A DNA stretch of 61,816 bases, the filler included, from Pseudomonadota bacterium (lineage in GTDB: Bacteria > Desulfobacterota > Desulfobacteria > Desulfobacterales > JBDRRP01): assembly GCA_043825735.1 (NCBI GenBank). It is 6 parts of 6 records of this genome, joined end to end, with 100 filler letters (N's around TTAATTAATTAA, not from the genome) between each part and the next. Parts side by side here need not be neighbours in the genome. Positions count along the whole stretch, not along the records: positions 9,878 to 24,909 come from JBDRRP010000150.1; 5 more parts are not named here. One strand, given 5' to 3'. Under the pieces are notes generated by a model. The model was not told the DNA's origin. It worked only from the letters and a program-made list of their open reading frames with translations, and did no database searches. Made by a program: the position numbers and the translations under genes. Positions 10,044-20,092 of this stretch are shown in pieces (positions within the stretch are counted from its first letter, which is position 1; each line of letters opens with the position of its first letter).

Positions 10044-10073
10044 ACGGATTCCCTCCCTCCCGTCTAATTCAAT

Positions 10074-10106
10074 GGGCGGCTGCCGTCAGGCAGCCGCCCT
10101 TTTTTT
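10074..10106 (+). terminator. Rho-independent terminator after mdh
   Basis: GGGCGGCTGCC-gtca-GGCAGCCGCCC followed by T7. Confidence 0.85.
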
Positions 10107-10141
10107 GCCGCCACCCGCCATGTCGATGGCATCGCACTGCT

Positions 10142-10342
10142 TTATGGCCCGGGCCGATCAGAAATCGGAGAACTGCCGCCACAGCCAGTCGAACAGATCC
10201 TCCGGGGAGGGGGCCGCTTGGTGGATCGAACGGGCGTGAGAAATGCCGCCGAACACGCTGCGCCCCGGCTCGGGAATGGGTGGATGTTCTCCGGGCTGGC
10301 GTCGGCCGTTACACCCAAAATGGCGTAGAAGTCTCTGGTCAT
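10142..10342 (-). pseudogene. Remnant of a DnaJ-domain protein
   Basis: MTRDFYAILGVTADASPENI is a J-domain start but HPD is absent; another frame continues ...SPEDLFDWLWRQFSDF*; lies just after the hsp20 pair. Confidence 0.65.
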
Positions 10343-10344
10343 TT

Positions 10345-10749
10345 CTATGAACTGGTCACCGTAATCTTACGGGGCACCGCCTTTTTCGCCTTGGGCAAAC
10401 TCAGGCGAAGGACACCGTCGGTGAGTTTGGCTTCGATGCGGCTCTGATCAATGGCTTCGGACAGTGAAAACTGACGATGGAAGCGGCCCACTTCAAATTC
10501 CGCAAGAACGTCCTTTTCGTCTTTTCCTTCAAAGGGCTTCACCGCGCCGGTGATCGTAAGTACATCGTCTCGAAGATCGATGACCATGTCTTCGCTGGCG
10601 ACGCCCGGCATGTCCGCCAGCAGCGTCAGGGCCGTTTGGGTTTCAAAGATGTCCACGGCCGGGGTGAACACCGGGCCGGGTTGGGTTTGCTCGGCAGGCG
10701 CCGCAACCTCCTTTTTTTCCCTGGCTTGTAGTTCTTTGCTCTCGGTCAT
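10345..10749 (-). CDS. Hsp20/alpha-crystallin family protein
   Basis: PAVDIFET, ADMPGV, RFHRQFSL, DGVLRLSLPK. Confidence 0.93.
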   Translation of the reverse strand: MTESKELQAREKKEVAAPAEQTQPGPVFTPAVDIFETQTALTLLADMPGVASEDMVIDLRDDVLTITGAVKPFEGKDEKDVLAEFEVGRFHRQFSLSEAIDQSRIEAKLTDGVLRLSLPKAKKAVPRKITVTSS

Positions 10750-10771
10750 TGTCGTTTCCTCCTGTCTGCTC

Positions 10772-11236
10772 CTATGAGACGGTGATCTGTTTGGGTTTGG
10801 AGGCCTCTGATTTGCTCAGGGTGACGGTAAGCAGGCCATTGGTCATCGATGCGGAGACCCGGTCGGGATCGATATCCCCGGGCAATCCGATGACCCGGGA
10901 AAAGCCCCCGGCTTCACGTTCACGGCGGTGATACCGGGCCTCTTTGCCCTCGGTGGGGATGGTGCGCTCTCCGGAAATGGTGAGATTTCTGCCGACGATC
11001 TGGATGTTGAGACCGTCCGCCGTCATACCGGGCAGTTCGGCACGCACGTAAAAGGCGTCCTTGTCTTCGGTCAGGTTGATCAGGGGAAACACACCCGCCG
11101 AGGTGAAGCTCCTTCGGCTTGAGCCTCTCATCAGCAGGTCGGACAGACTGTCCATTCGCTGCTGCAAGGCGCTGAGCTGATCAACCGGCGATTGAAACCC
11201 CCAGTACGGAAACGTGGTAAATGCTCTGGCAGCCAT
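10772..11236 (-). CDS. Hsp20/alpha-crystallin family protein
   Basis: FPLINLTED, AELPG, YHRRERE, NGLLTVTLSK. Confidence 0.93.
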   Translation of the reverse strand: MAARAFTTFPYWGFQSPVDQLSALQQRMDSLSDLLMRGSSRRSFTSAGVFPLINLTEDKDAFYVRAELPGMTADGLNIQIVGRNLTISGERTIPTEGKEARYHRREREAGGFSRVIGLPGDIDPDRVSASMTNGLLTVTLSKSEASKPKQITVS

Positions 11237-11901
11237 CGGTTTTATCCTCCATTCATTGTGGTTGATGTGGTCGCACAGGAATTTGCCGCAAACACTGTCA
11301 ACGAAAAGGTTTCCTTTGCATGCACGGCCGGGTCACGATGCGGTTGTTTAACCCGTTCGCGCAACAGAAACGATAAAAGCAACGGAAGGCTGCGACTTGC
11401 TGGAAGGGCGATGGATTCGGGGACGGGGATGCGGTGTCCACATTTAATCACCTCCTAAGGTCTCAGCCTGAATAAGCACCAGTCAGATAGCAGGTAATGA
11501 ATGTGAGCCGAGCATGACGAACGGCCATTTTGGAAAATAAATAATGCAGCTCCGATTGGAGTCAAGATGGTCTTTGTTAAAAAATGGGAGCGGTTCTTGA
11601 GTAGTGTCCATCCAGAAATGGTGGATTGTCCTTGGACACCCTGCGCTGCGCGCTGGGCGTCAGGATTAAACCGTGTGGTTCAGGGCAAGGCTTGAGCATT
11701 TTCGAAACCGGAGGAATAGCCTGCTATTTCGAGGATTTCGAAAAGTGCGAAAACGCCGCTCTGGGCCGAAAGATGCCGTTTATGGATGGACTCAAAGTAG
11801 TTTCAAGCCATGCTCTGTCAATGGCTCTGAATGGTTCCGATGGTTGCCTGGCGACGCTGGCGAAGGTTTCCGCACTTTCGTTTCAAACGGGCACGACGGT
11901 T

Positions 11902-12420
11902 TCAAGCGCCCGAAAGAGGCCATGCATGTTTCATCGATCCGCGGCGCAGGCTTTCGTAGAGAACGATGCCGGCGGCGGTGGAGAGGTTGAGACTGCGGAT
12001 TTCAGTTGAAATGGGAATGTGGAAGGTGCGCTCCGGGTAGGCCGCGAGGATGGTGGCGGGCAGTCCCCGGGTTTCGGAGCCGAACACGAGAAAAAGGCGC
12101 GCCGGTGACGGCATTTCCCAGAAGGGACGCGCCCCGTTTTTGGTCAGTAGCACCACTTCCTCCTGGTGGACCGCCATCTCTTTCACGAATGCGGCAAATG
12201 TTTCCCACAGGGTGAGCTTCACCCGGGGCCAATAGTCCAGGCCGGCGCGCTTTACCGCCTTGTCGTCGAGCGAAAATCCCAAGGGGTGGATGAGGTGCAG
12301 CCAAGCGCCTGCCCCCAGGCAGGTCCGCCCGATGTTGCCCGTGTTCCAATGAACGTCAGGGGCCACCAGGACCACATGACGTTCATGTTGTGACGATTTA
12401 TGAAGATGCGATGCACTCAT
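11902..12420 (-). CDS. trmL: tRNA (cytidine(34)-2'-O)-methyltransferase
   Basis: NTGNIGRTC, PLGFSLDDK, RAGLDYW, FGSETRGLP, RSLNLS SPOUT motifs. Confidence 0.92.
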   Translation of the reverse strand: MSASHLHKSSQHERHVVLVAPDVHWNTGNIGRTCLGAGAWLHLIHPLGFSLDDKAVKRAGLDYWPRVKLTLWETFAAFVKEMAVHQEEVVLLTKNGARPFWEMPSPARLFLVFGSETRGLPATILAAYPERTFHIPISTEIRSLNLSTAAGIVLYESLRRGSMKHAWPLSGA

Positions 12421-12549
12421 TGCTCACACAATTGATGAACTGGTGCGCTGTATGTTCAATCCCGAGGGGCATCGGAAAAATTCGCAAAACTGGTACGTAG
12501 TATGCATAATATCCTTTTATAATTAAAGTAAAAGGGTATATATATCACC

Positions 12550-12738
12550 ATGCCTCACTGGACATTCAAAAAACGATGCCCCATCTGCACATGTTGTGAT
12601 CTGAGCAATGCCGGGTGGCGTCTGTGGATGCTGCTCGTGCCGTTCTTCCGGCGCTATCGCTGCAATTACTGCAAATCGCTGGTCATGGCTTTCCAGGTAT
12701 TGCCTTCCCCGGCAGGGCTCGGCTGTCGCGACCGCTGA
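12550..12738 (+). CDS. Putative small zinc-ribbon protein
   Basis: CPIC...WMLLVPFFRRYRCNYC; AT-rich region with CATAAT upstream. Confidence 0.45.
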   Translation: MPHWTFKKRCPICTCCDLSNAGWRLWMLLVPFFRRYRCNYCKSLVMAFQVLPSPAGLGCRDR

Positions 12739-12949
12739 CACCTGCGTCACCATTTCGCCATTATCCTTGTTTCTCCGCTCCGCAGTATGGGCAAAATCTG
12801 AAATCACCATCCAGCTGCTGCCCGCACCGGGCGCATGTCGTCGGCTTTGCGCCCAACCCCGCCGATTGTCGGCAGCGCTCGCAGTGGATCACCGCCGGCG
12901 CAGGGATAAAGGATTTGACCGTCAGCCGTCGACTCGCACCGCTGTTGCC

Positions 12950-13498
12950 TTAAAACTGCCTCGGTTTGCAGACGACCTCCCGCACCTTGAGATCGAAAAA
13001 GTTGTCCTGGTGGGCCGGCGCGACGATGAGGGCGGCATCGGCGCCGCGAGATGAGCCGCCGATGGCCACGATGTCGCCTCCGGAGAGCAGGCCGGCATCG
13101 GCGGCCATGACGGCCACCTCTACGGCCACCTTGGTACCCTGGCCAAAGAGCTTGAGCGCATCGGCGATGATGAGCGCCGGATAGACGCCGCCGTGCTTTT
13201 TGGCCACCGAGCGTTCGATGCCCGACAGGGCGTGGGTGGCCTGGACGATGCGCACACCGGCCGCCGCCAGCCGCTCGCGGTTTTCCGGCGGCATCATGGA
13301 TTGAAAGGGGGCATTGAACCCGCAGTGGTAGGTCACGGCGATGATCTGAAAGCCGGTGAACACCTTAAGGGCCGCCAGCGCCGTCTCACCGCTGGTGGTG
13401 GCCAGCACCACTTCGGTGATCCCCAATTCCTGGCCGCGGGCGTATCCCTGCTGAAGCGTTGCCAGCGTGTTTTCCTTGCCTGATGTGTCAAAGTACAT
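12950..13498 (-). CDS. Stand-alone pyruvate kinase C-terminal (alpha/beta) domain protein
   Basis: YFDTSGKENT, ATTSGETA, THALSGIERS, FGQGTKVAVE, MAADAG; GGAGGGG SD before ATG 13498. Confidence 0.85.
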   Translation of the reverse strand: MYFDTSGKENTLATLQQGYARGQELGITEVVLATTSGETALAALKVFTGFQIIAVTYHCGFNAPFQSMMPPENRERLAAAGVRIVQATHALSGIERSVAKKHGGVYPALIIADALKLFGQGTKVAVEVAVMAADAGLLSGGDIVAIGGSSRGADAALIVAPAHQDNFFDLKVREVVCKPRQF

Positions 13499-13620
13499 GT
13501 GCAGCCCCTCCGTTGGTAATTCGTTGGCCTTTGTATAATGCATCACGGGCGGTTACTCAACCGGATGTCGCCTTGCTGCAGCGTCGTGCCCCCGGCGTCA
13601 TCCATGGCAGGGTTACTGAT

Positions 13621-13717
13621 GTTGTCAGTCCGAGACCCAGCGAGGAATCTCTCGGTTTTCGGAGGCTGCGGTGGGCGTTGAAAGGTCGAGATCCCTCGCT
13701 GCGCTCGGGATGACAAC
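13621..13717. repeat. REP-like palindrome (GTCA...GCGAGGAATCT / AGATCCCTCGC...TGAC type)
   Basis: GTTGTCA...CAGCGAGGAATCTC and GAGATCCCTCGCTG...TGACAAC arms. Confidence 0.7.
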
Positions 13718-14151
13718 GAAAAGCGAAGGCTTCCAAGGGGCGTTTTTCCCAACTGGTGACGACGTTCCTGCGTCGTCACCAAATGCGACGGACATGGCGG
13801 GACTGGCAGAACGTCAGTGAGTGGCGGGAGCGTCGTGACGAAGCTGTGGGGGTAGCGTCGTGACAAGGGAAAGGGCGTGGCGTTGCAGCGAGGACAAGTG
13901 CGGCGCGTTCACGGATGCGCCGCCGGTGCCGATGCCGCGTCTAAGCGCCGGTCCCGCCCCGGCCATGGCAGCCGGGCGAAAAAAGATGAGCCGCCGCGGT
14001 TGTTCTCAATGAATGGTGGCGGCGGTCTTTGTTTTAACAATAGCATGAAATCAATGACAGTGGTGCCTCAGGGCGCAGGGGCTGGAAAATGCCACACCGG
14101 CTGCTATTGTTGACGTCCGGGAAAGTTTTCACAGCTTAAAATCTGTTTTCC

Positions 14152-14182
14152 TTGACATATATTACAGCATTAATTATGTAAT
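14152..14182 (+). promoter_or_regulatory. Sigma70-like promoter with overlapping palindrome
   Basis: TTGACA at 14152; ATTACA-N10-TGTAAT inverted repeat over the -10 region. Confidence 0.6.
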
Positions 14183-14235
14183 TCATGAGCGGTTTTACAG
14201 TTTAAACAATGTTTAAGCGGGAGCCCCGAGCGGCA

Positions 14236-14697
14236 ATGGACAGAAAAAAACTCATCCGGGAGCAGCTTGATGCTTCATTGTCACGATTTGGGCCGCTTCG
14301 CGACACGCCACCGCCCCAAAAGGGGTGGATACGGGCCATCCGCGCGGCCCTTGGCATGTCGGCCCGGCAGTTAGCCGCCCGAATGGGCATCACCCAACAG
14401 TCCGTTGCGCGCATCGAGAAGGAAGAGACGGCCGGGGCGGTGACGATTAAAACCCTTCGCCGTGTCGCTGAAGGGCTTGACTGCATGTTTGTCTATGGCT
14501 TCGTTCCGAAGACCAGTCTGAATGAGAACGTAAGACGTCAGGCGCGACGGGTTGCCCATGCGCGCATGGCGCGCGTCGCCCACACCATGGACCTGGAGCG
14601 GCAGGGGCTAAGCGACGAGGAGAAGGATAAGGTGTTGATTGATACGATCGATGAGATCATCAGAACCATGCCGCCATCGTTGTGGGAAAAGCCATGA
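14236..14697 (+). CDS. Mobile mystery protein A (XRE HTH)
   Basis: PQKGWIRAIRAALGMS HTH, TLRRVAEGLDC, VAHTMDLERQ, LWE. Confidence 0.88.
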   Translation: MDRKKLIREQLDASLSRFGPLRDTPPPQKGWIRAIRAALGMSARQLAARMGITQQSVARIEKEETAGAVTIKTLRRVAEGLDCMFVYGFVPKTSLNENVRRQARRVAHARMARVAHTMDLERQGLSDEEKDKVLIDTIDEIIRTMPPSLWEKP

Positions 14698-15281
14698 TCG
14701 GAGCAGAACTTCCCGAAGGTGCGACACCCATCGACCCGGATGACGCGGCAGGTCTTCGTCTGCCCCACATCACCACCCGCGGCGAGTTGGACCGGTGGGA
14801 AAGCGAGAACATCCTAAAGGCATTGGCTTGGTTGGAAAGGATCCGGCCGAAGGATATCATCAACGCGGCATTTATCCGACGGCTTCATCAGAAGATGTTC
14901 GGCGATGTCTGGAAGTGGGCCGGCCGCTATCGAACATCGGCCAAAAACATCGGGGTGCCGTGGCACCAGGTGCCTGTGGACGTCGACAGTCTGTGCCGGG
15001 ACGTTCCTGTCTGGATTGCTTCGAGTGGCGAGAGCCCGGACGAGATGGCGGTGCGGCTTCATCACCGGCTGGTGTGGATTCACCCGTTTTCCAACGGCAA
15101 TGGCCGTCACGCGCGCCTGATGACCGATCTATTCATGGAGAACATATCCAAAGGACTGCGGTTCACCTGGGGTGGGGCCGATCTGACCCGCCATGACGAT
15201 TTTCGCAAGGCCTATATCGACGCTTTGAGGGAGGCGGACGAAGGTGATCTGAAACCCCTCCTTAAGTTCGCTAGGTCATAG
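14694..15281 (+). CDS. Mobile mystery protein B (Fic domain)
   Basis: GATPIDPD, MFGDVWKWAG, Fic motif HPFSNGNGRHAR; ATGA overlap with A. Confidence 0.9.
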   Translation: MIGAELPEGATPIDPDDAAGLRLPHITTRGELDRWESENILKALAWLERIRPKDIINAAFIRRLHQKMFGDVWKWAGRYRTSAKNIGVPWHQVPVDVDSLCRDVPVWIASSGESPDEMAVRLHHRLVWIHPFSNGNGRHARLMTDLFMENISKGLRFTWGGADLTRHDDFRKAYIDALREADEGDLKPLLKFARS

Positions 15282-15491
15282 AAAACACCAAGGCAAGGGA
15301 TAGCACCCTGTGCCCGGAGTCGCCGCACCTAAACGTGGCAACGCGGGAGCGTCGCTACGAGATACTTGACGCACATGCGGTAATTTGAGTTGATTGGCGC
15401 AAATGATCGCGGTAATTTGAGCGGTCTTGCTTAAATGATCGCTATCCAGCGCCCAGCATGGGCACGAACCCGTTCTTACCGGTGGCCACCC

Positions 15492-16331
15492 ATGATCATC
15501 GACATCCATGTACACGCGTTTCCGAAGGATATCAGAGAAAACCGGGAAACGTACTTCGACGGGGAGCCGGCATTCCGGCTGCTCTATGATTCGCCCAAGT
15601 CCCGGCTGGTCAGCGCCGGGGAAATCGTTGCCGCCATGGACGCGGGCGGGGTGGATAAATCCGTCATTTTCGGGTTTCCCTGGCGCAGCGACGCATTTTT
15701 TAGGGCCAACAACGACTACATCATCGACGCGGTGTCCCGATATCCGGACCGGCTCATCGGTTTCTGCTGCCTGGACCCGGCTCACCCCGGGGCGCTGGGT
15801 GAGGTGGCACGCTGCCTGGATGCCGGCCTTTCCGGGGTGGGCGAGTTGGCATTTTATGAGGGGGGCATCGATGAGGGGTGCCTTGCGGCGCTGGACCCGG
15901 TGATGGCCCTTTGCGCCGAGCGCGACGTCCCGGTGATGATTCACACCAACGAGCCGGTGGGCCACGCCTATCCGGGAAAGACCCCCAACACCCTGGCGCA
16001 GATCGATGCCCTGCTCAAGCGCTTTGCCGGCAACCGCATCATCCTGGCCCACTGGGGCGGCGGCATCTTTCTCTACAGCCTGATGAAAAAGGAAGTGCGC
16101 GAGACCCTGAAAAACACCTGGTTCGACACGGCGGCCTCGCCCTATCTCTACGATATGAAAATTTATCGCATGGCCGTCGATCTGTTGGGCCCGGGGAAAA
16201 TCCTTTTAGGGACCGATTTTCCTCTGCTGGCCCCGGCGCGCTATTTCAAGGAGATGACCGAAGCCGGCCTGACGGCGGACGAGATGGCCGCTGTCACCGG
16301 GGGCAACGCCAGTGCGTTGTTGAAGATTTAG
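15492..16331 (+). CDS. Amidohydrolase family protein
   Basis: IDIHVH, GVGEL, ILAHWGGG, FDTAASP, GTDFP. Confidence 0.9.
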   Translation: MIIDIHVHAFPKDIRENRETYFDGEPAFRLLYDSPKSRLVSAGEIVAAMDAGGVDKSVIFGFPWRSDAFFRANNDYIIDAVSRYPDRLIGFCCLDPAHPGALGEVARCLDAGLSGVGELAFYEGGIDEGCLAALDPVMALCAERDVPVMIHTNEPVGHAYPGKTPNTLAQIDALLKRFAGNRIILAHWGGGIFLYSLMKKEVRETLKNTWFDTAASPYLYDMKIYRMAVDLLGPGKILLGTDFPLLAPARYFKEMTEAGLTADEMAAVTGGNASALLKI

Positions 16332-16775
16332 TCGATACCGGTGGATCGTCGGAGGGCGGTATTTCCAACAAGTCGTTGGCTTAAAATTTCTCCCGCAGAG
16401 GCGCAGGGGCGCAGAGAAAAACTAGTATTTTCGGATCACGACGCTCCCGCGTCGTTACGGGCTTCTTTTCGGTTTTCTCTGCGCCTCTGCGCGATAATCT
16501 GTCCTGGCCTTTGGTGTTGTGGCCATCGTCCGTCGTCCGCAGAGTTTTTTATGCCGTATAGGCGCAATCTGAGGTTCGATATGCAGTTGCTGTTGCCCTT
16601 CGGCCGAAGGCCTTCCATCTGCGGTTTATTCTGTAGTTGACGTTGCGGCGAAGCCGCCTTTATTCTTATCCGCGTTTATCTGCGTTCACCAGCGTCCCAT
16701 TTTGCAGTTCGCCCTTGCAGTTGCATTTTTTGATCCTGGTTTTTCTGTCATCTGTCGTCTGTCCTCGGGCATTTC

Positions 16776-17621
16776 CTACCGCCGCTCGACCGTGATCTTG
16801 GTCATGTGCTGCATTTTCTGTTCGCCGCTCGGCATGCCGGGCATACCGCTCATCCCCGGCACACTGCCCATGTTCACCGTGGACTGGCCCCGGGTGACGA
16901 GTTCCACCCACATGCCTTCCTTCAGATCAAAGATGGTCTCGCCCTTGCCGGCGGATTTCGTGGTGGTTTTACCGCCCAGGCCCCCGGTCTTGGTGAAGGC
17001 GCGCTCGTGCACGCTGAAATAGGCGAGACCGTCGCTCACGTCTTCCAGGGTGAAGACCTGCTTGATCACGGCATCCATTCCCATGGCGCCGCCGGTGCTC
17101 ATTTTCTGGGTCATCTCGAATTCATCGCCGATGTCGAGCGTTCCTTCGGGAAATTCCGGAAACCAGAAAACCGTCTCCTTCCACATCTCACCCATGGACT
17201 TGTAGGACTGTTCCATCATGGCTTTCATTTCAGGCGGCACCCCTTCCATGTCGCCCATGGGCGGCGCCGGAGAGCCGGTGACTTTTTTGTTGCGGAGCTC
17301 GCCGGTGGTGTGCATGTCGGCGGTGAAGGTCATCTTGCCCATGTCCATACCAGAATCCTCCAGCGGGTTATTCAGGAATTTTGCCGTCAGGGTCACCCAT
17401 CCCTTTTTGGCCCCGGCAGACACGCTGTAGCGGATTTGGTGCTTGCTCCGGTTGACGTCCTTTTCACCCATGACGGTGCTGGTGTTCTGCATGGCCATGG
17501 TGACGTTCCAGGTCTGGCCGGGCTTCAATTTGTAAGCAAACGGCCACCCGCCGGCCCAGACCGGGCACAGCGTCAGCGCGAAGGCGAGCAGGGCAGTGGA
17601 GATCATCAGGGGGCGTTTCAT
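16776..17621 (-). CDS. Secreted beta-rich hypothetical protein
   Basis: N-terminal signal peptide; overlaps the stop of the upstream gene. Confidence 0.7.
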   Translation of the reverse strand: MKRPLMISTALLAFALTLCPVWAGGWPFAYKLKPGQTWNVTMAMQNTSTVMGEKDVNRSKHQIRYSVSAGAKKGWVTLTAKFLNNPLEDSGMDMGKMTFTADMHTTGELRNKKVTGSPAPPMGDMEGVPPEMKAMMEQSYKSMGEMWKETVFWFPEFPEGTLDIGDEFEMTQKMSTGGAMGMDAVIKQVFTLEDVSDGLAYFSVHERAFTKTGGLGGKTTTKSAGKGETIFDLKEGMWVELVTRGQSTVNMGSVPGMSGMPGMPSGEQKMQHMTKITVERR

Positions 17622-19069
17622 CGGTTGGCCTTTCTGTTGAGCAGGGTGATTTTTCGTTCTATCCGGCTGCGATCCGGAGCGTCGGAAGCGTACTTGAGAT
17701 AGTTGCCGTATGCCGTGGCCGCGTCCTTGTATCGCTCCCAGTCCTCGTACAGTGCGCCGAGACCTTTGTAGGCGGGCGCGTACCCCTTATCAATGGTCAG
17801 GGCTTCCCGGTACTGCTTTTCGGCGGCCCGCCGCTCGGCCTCACTGGCGCCGAAGGCAAAATCGCCAAGCTGGCTTTTGGCCATGCCGTAGGACACGGCG
17901 GCGGTTTTTTCACCCTTGTCGTAGAGGGTTTTATAAAGCATGCGGGCCTTCTCGTATTCCTCGTCAGCCAGAGCACTCTCAGCCTTGGCAGCGAGCGTGG
18001 CGGAAAGAAAGGCGCGGTAGGGCGCGGCGGCCTTGTCTTTTCCGGCGGCGGCCTGAGCGTCCGTGACTTCTTTCATGCGGGTGAGATCGCTCACGAAGGC
18101 GGCCTTGGATTCCGGGGCTTCGCTCAGAGTCTGCACCAGGCCGGTGGCGCCGAGTTGCTGTTGCATGCGCGCCATGTTGGCCTGCATGAGCCCCTGCATG
18201 GCCCGCATCTGCTCGGCAAAGGCGCCCATGACGCGCTCGTTTTCCCGCGCCATGTCGTTGTTGATCCGCCAGATGTGGCGCCAGCCCTCGGCCGCCTGCC
18301 CGGCATCATAGCCGGCGCCTGCCAGGTAGGTCATGCCCTGGGCGGTCGCCACCGGTGCAAAGCGCAGCCGCGGATCCAGGGGGCGGCCCTTGTCATCGGC
18401 CGCAGGGATGCTCTCCACCACGTCCTTGAGACTGTAATAAGCGCTTTGGGCGGCGTGGACCGCGGCCATGCGCGCCATCGTGTCGCGGTAGGTGGCCTCG
18501 CCGGACATGACCGCGTCGGAGGCTTTGATATCCTCCACATCAACGGCATAGTCCACGGCGATATCGAGCATACCGCTCAAGAGCGCGCCGGCGACGGCCA
18601 TGTTTCGCTGTTTTCGCTCCGCCGCCTTGATCCCCTGGTACATCTGAACGTAATAGCCATCCACCAGGTAGGCGATCTGTGGCGAGAGGACCGCTGCGAG
18701 CTGGGCTTCGTTGTCCATGGCGTAAAGGGTGCCGGTGGTGACCACGACGTGCCCGTCCATGTAGGCATAAAGCTCGGGTTTGGGGGAATCCACAACGGTC
18801 ACGGCCAGGCGGATGCCTTCGGGCGGCGTGCGGCCCGAAGGCAAAAGTTTTTTAAGAATTTTATCCGCGTAGCCGGTCACTGCCGGGTCCATGACCGCCG
18901 GCCGTCCCTCGAGATCCTGGCGGTAGGCCTGCGCCGCCTCCTGGATCAACATGCGACCGTCGTCGTTGAGGATGAAGGGCGGATCAGCGCACGGTGCGGC
19001 CGATGAAAACAGCAGTAGGGCAGCGATCGCCAGGGGTGCAGCGCGTCGGATCATTTCGGCCTCCGTCAT
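17618..19069 (-). CDS. Secreted M48-peptidase-like protein lacking HEXXH, with C-terminal TPRs
   Basis: Signal peptide; VTTG...NEAQLAAVLS followed by PQIAY where HEIAH is expected; AGYD; TPR AYKGLGALY. Confidence 0.75.
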   Translation of the reverse strand: MTEAEMIRRAAPLAIAALLLFSSAAPCADPPFILNDDGRMLIQEAAQAYRQDLEGRPAVMDPAVTGYADKILKKLLPSGRTPPEGIRLAVTVVDSPKPELYAYMDGHVVVTTGTLYAMDNEAQLAAVLSPQIAYLVDGYYVQMYQGIKAAERKQRNMAVAGALLSGMLDIAVDYAVDVEDIKASDAVMSGEATYRDTMARMAAVHAAQSAYYSLKDVVESIPAADDKGRPLDPRLRFAPVATAQGMTYLAGAGYDAGQAAEGWRHIWRINNDMARENERVMGAFAEQMRAMQGLMQANMARMQQQLGATGLVQTLSEAPESKAAFVSDLTRMKEVTDAQAAAGKDKAAAPYRAFLSATLAAKAESALADEEYEKARMLYKTLYDKGEKTAAVSYGMAKSQLGDFAFGASEAERRAAEKQYREALTIDKGYAPAYKGLGALYEDWERYKDAATAYGNYLKYASDAPDRSRIERKITLLNRKANR

Positions 19070-19276
19070 TTGCCCGATGACATTGGAAGATGGAATTGCG
19101 ATGGTTTTTTACGGAAAAGACAATCAGTACGCAGGCTGGGGACCGCGTAGCAGTGATTGCCGAACATACCGGTGAGGGCGCGCCCCTGTCAAGCTACGCG
19201 CAATCTAAAGGACCGTTGACGGTGGATGGCTTGTGGATTACCATAGCTATAACCATCCACACTGATGAGGCGTGCC

Positions 19277-19510
19277 ATGCGAACCGTACAGATGACCCTT
19301 GAAGAGGATCTTGTCCAGGCGGTTGACCGCATCTCCAAGCGGCTCAACACGACGCGCTCCGCCTTTACCCGGCAGGCGCTGCGCGAAGCGCTGGCCCGCT
19401 ACAGCGTCGAGCAGCAGGAACTTCGACATCGCCAGGGGTACCAGCGGCAACCGGCGGCTTCCGATGAGTTTGCCGTCTGGGAATCGGAGCAGGCGTGGGG
19501 TGACGAATGA
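19277..19510 (+). CDS. RHH/CopG antitoxin
   Basis: MRTVQMTL...VDR...TRSAFTRQALR; ATGA overlap with the toxin. Confidence 0.85.
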   Translation: MRTVQMTLEEDLVQAVDRISKRLNTTRSAFTRQALREALARYSVEQQELRHRQGYQRQPAASDEFAVWESEQAWGDE

Positions 19511-19818
19511 AACGCGGCGAAATCCGGTGGTATAAATTCATCCAGCCCGACAAGATGCGGCCGGTGCTGATCCTGACGCGGGATTCCATTCTGGAGTATC
19601 TCGGTGAAGTGACCATTGCCCCCATCACCAGTACGGTCCGCGAAATTCCCTCAGAGGTTTTTCTTTCCAAGGACGACGGCATGCCCCGTGATTGCGCGGT
19701 CAACTGCGACCACCTGCAGACGGTTTCCAAGGGGAAGATCGGTGGGCTAATCACCGCCTTGCCTCCCGCAAAAATGGCCGATGTCGGACGGGCCATCCAC
19801 TTTGTCCTCGATTTGTAA
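19507..19818 (+). CDS. PemK/MazF family toxin
   Basis: MKRGEI, RPVLIL, APITS, VNCDHLQTV. Confidence 0.9.
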   Translation: MKRGEIRWYKFIQPDKMRPVLILTRDSILEYLGEVTIAPITSTVREIPSEVFLSKDDGMPRDCAVNCDHLQTVSKGKIGGLITALPPAKMADVGRAIHFVLDL

Positions 19819-20092
19819 TTTCGGCGTGGATCCTCCTTCACCAAGGCTTTCACCGCTGCCAAGGCTACGGCAGACAAGTCGGCGCACAGGTGAACGCAGA
19901 TAAGTGGCAAAGGCTGCTTCGCCGCAACACCAAATGTCAAAACCGATTATCGCGCAGAGACGCAGAGACGCTGAGAAAAAAGGCAAAATGTGCTACCCGG
20001 ACTGATACTTTCGCCTTCCGGGTTTTGCTGCCATCTGTCGTCCGTCGTCTGTCTTCTTTGTTTTTGCCGTGTATCCGCACGCAGGTCAAATA

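Noticed and set aside
11460..11570. CIRCE operator upstream of hsp20
   Set aside because: No TTAGCACTC-N9-GAGTGCTAA match
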